Origin: an uncultured Bacteroidaceae bacterium
GTDB lineage: Bacteria > Bacillota > Clostridia > Christensenellales > CAG-917
Direction of reading: 5' to 3'
Assembly: GCA_964550635.1 (NCBI GenBank)
Contig: CAZJZV010000008.1
Span: forward strand, 691 to 64,690
Length of the DNA: 64,000 nucleotides
The notes under the pieces are model-generated. The model was given only the letters and a program-made list of their open reading frames with translations, searched no databases and was not told where the DNA came from. Shown here one piece after another: positions 58,119-64,000 of this stretch. The translations under genes were made by a program, and so were the position numbers. The stretch's first letter is position 1. Each line of letters starts with the position of its first letter.

Positions 58119-58352
58119 ATGGAATTTGACCAAAACAAGAAAATCGACGTGCAAGTGAGTCAAAGCGATTTCGTAGAAAATCAAGTTGAAAGAAAAAAGA
58201 AGTTTTCATTGAAAGATAAGGGTATCGACCTTCTCGACGTAGCGATAGTGCCCGTTGCGGTCGGCGTATTCGTATCTCTCGGATTTTTATTTGCGGGAGT
58301 ATTCGGCGCGATTTCGCCTATCGTCGGCTCAACTCTCGGCGCGCTTGGATGA
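58119..58352 (+). CDS. small membrane protein, function unknown
   Basis: 77 aa with a charged N-half and a C-terminal hydrophobic hairpin (VAIVPVAVGVFVSLGFLFAGVFGAISPIVG). Its stop overlaps the M50 protease start. Confidence 0.4.
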   Translation: MEFDQNKKIDVQVSQSDFVENQVERKKKFSLKDKGIDLLDVAIVPVAVGVFVSLGFLFAGVFGAISPIVGSTLGALG

Positions 58353-59173
58353 AACTCAAAATCAATCCGCTTTTCTTCGTGCTTGTCCTTGTCATGATTG
58401 CATTCGGGCAGGCGCGTTATCTTATATGGACTTTCCTTGCGGTTACGGCGCACGAGTGCGGGCACTCTATCGTGGCGCGGAGTCGGGGGTATATGACGAA
58501 GTCGATTGAGATTATGCCTTTCGGTGCGGTCATGAGCCTTGACAACGATATGGACAGATTGTCGGGGGTGCTTGTCGGACTGGCGGGACCTATCGTCAAT
58601 CTCGTGCTATCCGCCTTGCTCCCGGGGATATGGTGGTTATATCCGTCCGCCTATCCATACACGAAACCGTTTTTGGAAGTCAACTTGTCCCTTGCGCTTT
58701 TCAATCTGCTACCCCTCTATCCCCTTGACGGCGGTCGGGTGGTCGTAGGTGCGTCCAAAAACAAACTGAAAGCGGTGAAAGGAGTGAGAATTGCGGGGAT
58801 TGTCGCGGGGGTATGTTTCCTTGCGCTATTCGTGACGTCCATATTTTACGACGTCAATTTCTCTCTTGCGGTGGTGGGGATATTTCTCATCTACGGCGGA
58901 ATATGCGCGGGGGCGGAAGAAGAGTACGTGAGCGTATTTTCCCCCGGCACGAAGGACTATTCGGCGGGGGTTGAAGATAAGTGCGTTACAATCGACGGCA
59001 AAGTCCCCATATCCCGCCTATTCAGGTTTACGGGGCGGAAGTCGCGGACGGTATTCAAGGTGTTGACGGACGGCGGAGAAGTGGTCATCGACGAAGAAGA
59101 TTTGAGCCGTCTTGCAAGGAAAAACAAACTCTCCGCTCCTATCGGAGTGGCGATTGAAAAATTAAACGATTGA
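58349..59173 (+). CDS. M50 family site-2 metalloprotease (SpoIVFB-like)
   Basis: HExxH motif TAHECGHSI in a TM helix and the second motif NLLPLYPLDGGR. It sits downstream of minDE, like spoIVFB in Bacillus. Confidence 0.8.
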   Translation: MKLKINPLFFVLVLVMIAFGQARYLIWTFLAVTAHECGHSIVARSRGYMTKSIEIMPFGAVMSLDNDMDRLSGVLVGLAGPIVNLVLSALLPGIWWLYPSAYPYTKPFLEVNLSLALFNLLPLYPLDGGRVVVGASKNKLKAVKGVRIAGIVAGVCFLALFVTSIFYDVNFSLAVVGIFLIYGGICAGAEEEYVSVFSPGTKDYSAGVEDKCVTIDGKVPISRLFRFTGRKSRTVFKVLTDGGEVVIDEEDLSRLARKNKLSAPIGVAIEKLND

Positions 59174-59225
59174 GCGCGCACTCGTTCGATTTGACAAAAT
59201 CCGCTCGCTATTATAAAATGGCGGT

Positions 59226-59396
59226 ATGGAACAAAACGACAACAACAATCAAAATCAAGACCAAGAGAAGAAAGGGTATACCCCTATGACCGAGAGCCAA
59301 ATCAAGCACGCGCGCAAAATTTCCACGATAATATCCGTGATTGCGGCGGCGGTTGTGCTTGTCATCTACTATCTCAAAAAGAACGGCATCATTTGA
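59226..59396 (+). CDS. small (56 aa) tail-anchored membrane protein, hypothetical
   Basis: My own translation gives MEQNDNNNQNQDQEKKGYTPMTESQIKHARKISTIISVIAAAVVLVIYYLKKNGII. It is below the ORF-track length cutoff and is followed by a hairpin terminator. Confidence 0.35.
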   Translation: MEQNDNNNQNQDQEKKGYTPMTESQIKHARKISTIISVIAAAVVLVIYYLKKNGII

Positions 59397-59410
59397 TTTT
59401 TATCCACTTC

Positions 59411-59434
59411 GGCGCGCAAGCGCCTTTTTCTTTT
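59411..59434 (+). terminator. rho-independent terminator
   Basis: Stem GGCGC / GCGCC with loop GCAA, followed by TTTTTCTTTT. Confidence 0.55.
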
Positions 59435-59540
59435 CGTTTCCGTTATTTCCCATATGCTCGGCGGGGCGTTGACTTTTTTTGCTATATATATTAAAATAAT
59501 AATATTATTATAGTAAGCGCGTTAGGCGCGGGAGCGAAAA

Positions 59541-60485
59541 ATGTATTACGTAGGTATTGACGTCGGCGGTATGAGTCTCAAAGCAGGCGTAGTCGACGAG
59601 AACGGCAACGTACTTCACAAAAAAGCGGTGACCACCGAACCCGAAAAGGATAGTATGGAAATCGTCGCGGATATCGAAAATCTCGTGAGAGACGTCGTGA
59701 CCGAAAGCGGTTTGACTCTTGACGGAATCGACGGTATCGGTATGGGATTCCCCGGCTCCGTTTGGGACGCGAAAGGGGAAATCGTGTATTGTTGCAATAT
59801 CAATCTCGTCAAAATTCCTATCGTGAAAATTCTCAAAAAATCCCTTGGCGTAGACAATATCAAAATCAGCAACGACGCAAACTGCGCCGCTCTCGGCGAA
59901 ACGAAATTCGGAGCGGGCAAGGGCGCGATGAATAGCGTGCTTATCACTCTCGGCACGGGACTGGGCACTGGTATCGTCGTGGACGGCAAACTGCTCACCG
60001 GCAATCGCTCGGCAGGCGCGGAAGGCGGACATATGCAAATCAACATCGGCGGTCCCGTCTGCGGTTGCGACAAGAAAGGACACTATGAGGCGTACGCTTC
60101 CGCAACTGCGCTCATCCGCCAAACCGAAGACGCTATGGCACGTCACCCCGAAAGCCTTTTGCACGAAGTGGCAAAAGTCGAGGGCGTGAACGGCAAAACG
60201 GCGTTTATCGCTGCAAAACAGGGTGATAAAGTGGCGAATGCGGTGGTTAAACGTTATATCAAATATATCGGTATGGGACTTGTGAACTTTGCAAATCTCT
60301 TCTATCCCGAGATTATCATCGTCGGTGGTGGCATTTCGAAAGAAGGGGACGTCCTTGTCAAACCATTGCAAAGATACGTTTCAAGAAACGTCTACGGCTC
60401 ACAATATAACCCCAAAATCAAGGTGGTCGCGGCAATCCTCGGCAACGACGCGGGTATCATCGGCGCGGCTACGCTTGCTATGTAA
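59541..60485 (+). CDS. ROK family sugar kinase (glucokinase-like)
   Basis: YVGIDVGGMSLKAGVV, an ANCAALGE-like motif and the ROK zinc motif region GGPVCGCDKKGHYEAY. 314 aa. Confidence 0.85.
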   Translation: MYYVGIDVGGMSLKAGVVDENGNVLHKKAVTTEPEKDSMEIVADIENLVRDVVTESGLTLDGIDGIGMGFPGSVWDAKGEIVYCCNINLVKIPIVKILKKSLGVDNIKISNDANCAALGETKFGAGKGAMNSVLITLGTGLGTGIVVDGKLLTGNRSAGAEGGHMQINIGGPVCGCDKKGHYEAYASATALIRQTEDAMARHPESLLHEVAKVEGVNGKTAFIAAKQGDKVANAVVKRYIKYIGMGLVNFANLFYPEIIIVGGGISKEGDVLVKPLQRYVSRNVYGSQYNPKIKVVAAILGNDAGIIGAATLAM

Positions 60486-60487
60486 CG

Positions 60488-62254
60488 ATGCAAAATTACA
60501 AAGATAAATTGGACGATATTTTGCTCTCCGTCGAGAAGCCCGCGCGCTACACCGGCGGTGAGTGGAATACTCCCGACTTCAACAAAAACGCAAGAGCAAA
60601 ATTCTGCTTTTGTTTTCCCGACGTCTATGAAATCGGAATGAGCAATCTCGGATTGCAAATTCTCTACGACGTCATCAACCGCGAAAAAGATTTCGTCGCG
60701 GAGCGTTGCTACGCGCCTTGGATAGATATGGGGCAGAAGTTGAGAGAAAACGATATTCCCTTGCTTTCTCTCGAAACCGCAACTCCCCTTAAAGATTTCG
60801 ACGTCATCGGCTTTTCGGTGCAATTTGAACTTTTGTATTCAAACGTGCTTTACATGCTCGACCTTGCGGGTATTCCCTTCTACGCAAAGGACAGGGGGGA
60901 AGAGTTTCCCATTATCTCGGCGGGCGGTCCTTGTGCGGTCAACCCCGAACCTTTCGCGCCGTTTTTCGACGTGATTTTCATAGGTGAAGGAGAAGAAATC
61001 GACCTAGCGCTTTTGCGCCTTGTCGCAGAAGGTAAGGAGAAGGGTTGGAGCAAAAATCAAATCCTTGAAAAAGCAAAAGAAATCGATGGTATATACGTCC
61101 CCGCACTCACGAAGGAAGGGGAAAAAGTCGTGAAAGCGGTCTTGCAAGACTTTGAAAACGCACCCTATCCCACGAAACCGCTCGTACCTAATATCGAAAT
61201 CGTCCACGACAGGGCGACTTTGGAGTTATACCGCGGTTGCGCAAGCGGTTGTAGATTCTGTCAGGCGGGCTACTACTACCGCCCAATCAGAGAGAGAAGT
61301 GCGGACAAGTGCGCGGAGTACGCAAAAAAAATGGTGGAAAGCACCGGATTTGGTGAAATCTCCCTTTGCTCTCTTTCCACAAGCGACTATACGGGGCTTA
61401 TGGACCTCGAAGGACAACTCCGCCCCTACGTCGAAGAAAAGAATATCACACTTGCTTTGCCGTCCTTGCGTTTGTCCAGTTTCACGAAAGATATGGCGCA
61501 GTCGTCGAGAAGAAGTTCGTTGACTTTCGCGCCCGAAGCAGGCACTCAAAGACTCAGAAACGTCATAAATAAAAACGTAACAGACGAAGAAATTATGAAC
61601 GTCGGCAAGGCTTTCGAGGCGGGTTACGACAGTGTGAAACTCTACTTTATGATGGGACTTCCCACAGAAACCGACGAAGATATTGCGGGAATTGCGGATA
61701 TTTGCCGAAAACTTCGGGAATTATATATTCAAATCCGCCACAAACGTACCTTGAATATTTCGGTGTCTTGCTCGGTGTTTATCCCGAAACCCTGCACCCC
61801 TTTCCAATGGGAAGAGCAGATTTCTTTCGACGAAATGTTGCGTAGACAAGCACTTCTTCGCAGATTGCTCCGTGAAATCAGGGGGGTAACTTTCTCTTGG
61901 CACGGCGCGGAAACTTCCGTGCTCGAAGCCGCTTTGGCAAGGGGGGACAAACGTCTTGCGCCCGTAATCGTGCGCGCGTATGAATTAGGCGCGAAGTTTG
62001 ACAGTTGGACGGAGCATTTCAAGTGGGACGTCTGGACGAAAGCATTCGAGGACTGCGGTCTGACTATGCAGGAATACACCTGCGAAATCCCCGAAGATAA
62101 GGTCTTGCCGTGGGATTTCATTGACGTCGGAGTCACAAAAAAATACCTTCTCGGTCAACGTCATCTCGCCTATCAGGCGGTCACCACGAAAAATTGCAGG
62201 GAAGGTTGCAACGGTTGCGGAGCGAATAGGCTCGGGAGGTGCACGATTATATGA
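60488..62254 (+). CDS. B12-binding-domain radical SAM protein (TIGR03960-like)
   Basis: CxxxCxxC cluster motif CASGCRFCQAGYY. 588 aa. It precedes its usual TIGR03936/DUF2344 partner. Confidence 0.8.
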   Translation: MQNYKDKLDDILLSVEKPARYTGGEWNTPDFNKNARAKFCFCFPDVYEIGMSNLGLQILYDVINREKDFVAERCYAPWIDMGQKLRENDIPLLSLETATPLKDFDVIGFSVQFELLYSNVLYMLDLAGIPFYAKDRGEEFPIISAGGPCAVNPEPFAPFFDVIFIGEGEEIDLALLRLVAEGKEKGWSKNQILEKAKEIDGIYVPALTKEGEKVVKAVLQDFENAPYPTKPLVPNIEIVHDRATLELYRGCASGCRFCQAGYYYRPIRERSADKCAEYAKKMVESTGFGEISLCSLSTSDYTGLMDLEGQLRPYVEEKNITLALPSLRLSSFTKDMAQSSRRSSLTFAPEAGTQRLRNVINKNVTDEEIMNVGKAFEAGYDSVKLYFMMGLPTETDEDIAGIADICRKLRELYIQIRHKRTLNISVSCSVFIPKPCTPFQWEEQISFDEMLRRQALLRRLLREIRGVTFSWHGAETSVLEAALARGDKRLAPVIVRAYELGAKFDSWTEHFKWDVWTKAFEDCGLTMQEYTCEIPEDKVLPWDFIDVGVTKKYLLGQRHLAYQAVTTKNCREGCNGCGANRLGRCTII

Positions 62255-62889
62255 TAGTCTTGAAATATCGCAAAGTCGGCACGTCGAAGTTTATCTCGCA
62301 CGTGGACCTTTTGAAACATATGTCGCGCATTATTCGTCGTGCGGAAATCCCCGTGAAGTATTCGCAGGGGTTCAATCCGCACGCATTGATATTCTTTTCG
62401 TCCCCGTCCGTGCTCGGAGTAGGCTCTGTCGCGGAGTACGTTTCAATCGATACGGATATGACGGCGGATGAAGTCTTGTCAAGATACAATTCGTCCGTCC
62501 CCGACACGCTCAAAGCGGAAAGGGCGTTCGTTTTCGACAAAAATCCGAATATACAGGGCTTGAACGTGTGTGCGGACTACGTGTTCGATACGCCTTATTT
62601 CACTCCCGATTTCTCGGACGGACTGAATATCACTTATATGAAAAAGGACGTCGAAACCACCGAAGATATATCAAAAAAGATATACGGCTCGTTTGACGCG
62701 GACGGAAAATTAGGGTTGAAACTTGCCTCGGGCAACGTCAATCTGCGCCCCGACCGTCTCGTCCCCGCGCTCAACGAAAAGTTCGGACTTGACGTCAAAA
62801 TCACGGACGTCGTGAAAACCAAACAATACGTCCTTGTCGGCGGAAAAGAATACGACGTGGACACCTATCTCGAAAACAAAATTTTGTGA
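62251..62889 (+). CDS. radical SAM-associated protein (TIGR03936/DUF2344-like)
   Basis: MIVLKYRKVGTSKFISHVDLLKHMSRIIRRAEIPV is the conserved DUF2344 N-terminus. Its ATG overlaps the upstream stop (ATGA). Confidence 0.75.
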   Translation: MIVLKYRKVGTSKFISHVDLLKHMSRIIRRAEIPVKYSQGFNPHALIFFSSPSVLGVGSVAEYVSIDTDMTADEVLSRYNSSVPDTLKAERAFVFDKNPNIQGLNVCADYVFDTPYFTPDFSDGLNITYMKKDVETTEDISKKIYGSFDADGKLGLKLASGNVNLRPDRLVPALNEKFGLDVKITDVVKTKQYVLVGGKEYDVDTYLENKIL

Positions 62890-62897
62890 GAATATAA

Positions 62898-64000
62898 ATG
62901 AAAAGTTTGCTTATTGATTACAATCCCCGTTGCGTGCGCGCCGCTCTTGTAGAAGACGGCGACCTCGTGGAATTTCACGTAGAGCACAACGCGATGCGCG
63001 GTATCGTCGGCAATATCTACAAGGGTAAAGTCGAAAACGTCGTGTCGGGTATGAAAGCGTCATTCGTGAATATCGGACTTGAAAGAAACGGTTTTCTTTA
63101 CGTCGGCGAATCTCTCGTGGACGCGGGAAAACTCAAAGAGGGCAGAGAGTTGACCGCAATCAACGTAAGCCCCGGCGACGTCATTATGTGCCAAGTCGTG
63201 AAAGACGAATTCGGCACGAAAGGCGCAAGACTGACAACGGATATTACTCTCCCGGGATACTTCCTTGTGTTGCTTCCCAACAGCACGTTTTTCGGGGTGT
63301 CGAGAAAGATCGAAAACGTCGAAAGACGCACCTATCTTGAAGAGTTCATAAAATCCATTTGTCCGCAGAATATGGGGTTTATCATACGTTCTGCGGCAGA
63401 TAAAGCCACGGATGAGGATATTGTAGCGGAGGCGAAGAGTCTTATCGAGTTGTGGAAAAAGGTGGAAGAAGACTACCAAAAAGCACAACCAAAAACCCTT
63501 GTTTTCAAAGAGGCGGAACTCCTTGAACGCGCTATCCGCGACACGTATAGCGAAGACGTCGAAAGCGTCGTCGTCAACGAGCCCGCGCTTGCTGAGCAAC
63601 TTCGCGAAAAGGCGGGTAAAGTCAAGGTCAGCGTATACGACGGACAAAGAAATATCTTCCGCCACTACGGCATTGCGGAGCAAATCAATAGACTTGCGGA
63701 CAGGCGCGTAAACCTTGAAAACGGCGCGTATCTCATCATCGACAAAACCGAAGCACTCACAGTCATCGACGTGAATACGGGGCATTTCGTCGGGGGTAAG
63801 GACCTTGAAGATACCGTCTACAAAACCAATATGGTTGCCGCGGACGAAATCGCAAAACAGTTGAGAGTGAGAAACATAAGCGGTATAGTCGTCATCGACT
63901 TTATAGATATGACCGTCGACGAGCATAAAGAAGCCGTCATGGACAGATTGAAACAGGCACTCAAAAAGGATAGACTCAAAACTTCCGCCGTCGAAATGAC
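62898..64000 (+). CDS. rng: Rne/Rng family ribonuclease (RNase G/E), 5' part; continues past the window end
   Basis: My own translation from ATG 62898 gives MKSLLIDYNPRCVRAALVEDGDLVEFHVEHNAMRGIVGNIYKGKVENVVSGMKASFVNIGLERNGFLYV... Later come IIDKTEALTVIDVNTGHFVG and the S1 plus DNase-I-like motifs. The frame is open to 64000, so it is absent from the ORF track. The 63060..63926 minus ORF is its shadow. Confidence 0.85.
   Translation, partial: MKSLLIDYNPRCVRAALVEDGDLVEFHVEHNAMRGIVGNIYKGKVENVVSGMKASFVNIGLERNGFLYVGESLVDAGKLKEGRELTAINVSPGDVIMCQVVKDEFGTKGARLTTDITLPGYFLVLLPNSTFFGVSRKIENVERRTYLEEFIKSICPQNMGFIIRSAADKATDEDIVAEAKSLIELWKKVEEDYQKAQPKTLVFKEAELLERAIRDTYSEDVESVVVNEPALAEQLREKAGKVKVSVYDGQRNIFRHYGIAEQINRLADRRVNLENGAYLIIDKTEALTVIDVNTGHFVGGKDLEDTVYKTNMVAADEIAKQLRVRNISGIVVIDFIDMTVDEHKEAVMDRLKQALKKDRLKTSAVEM

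Overview
This window looks like chromosomal DNA from an anaerobic, spore-forming Firmicute (Clostridia-like). Supporting genes are PFOR (nifJ), a complete rnfCDGEAB operon, spoVG, a SpoVB-like flippase, a SpoIVFB-like M50 protease, and a maf/mreB/minDE cluster. Most of the window is ordinary housekeeping: the 5' end of a ribonucleotide reductase gene, azlCD, murC, Ppx/GppA, a ROK kinase, a radical-SAM/TIGR03936/RNase G cluster, an AbrB-like regulator with an ABC-2 exporter, and two giant repetitive envelope proteins (1473 aa and about 1479 aa). I recognised no rRNA, tRNA, CRISPR array, transposase or integrase. The stand-out feature is a tightly packed nine-gene, same-strand operon at 32155-42039. 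It follows a 630-bp non-coding leader and ends at a strong terminator. By motif reading it encodes: two ESCRT-III/PspA-like helical proteins that share a C-terminal acidic helix; a Vps4-type AAA ATPase; a trypsin-fold protease; a RuvB-type AAA+ ATPase; a 2-TM hairpin protein; a coiled-coil/zinc-ribbon protein; a membrane-anchored GrpE-like protein; and a divergent Hsp70-like ATPase. The Vps4-like, protease and RuvB-like proteins each carry an N-terminal MIT-like helical module. I do not recognise this combination as any named system. I propose it as a candidate ESCRT-like, MIT-hub membrane-remodelling or defence module. All domain calls come from reading motifs by eye and need profile or structure searches. 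Smaller observations: a lipoprotein gene whose ATG/RBS is out of frame with its body by 1 nt at an A5 run; a degenerate repeat array in the roughly 800-bp spacer upstream of it; a 24-nt direct repeat pair in front of the AbrB-like/ABC operon; and tandem module repeats in both giant proteins.
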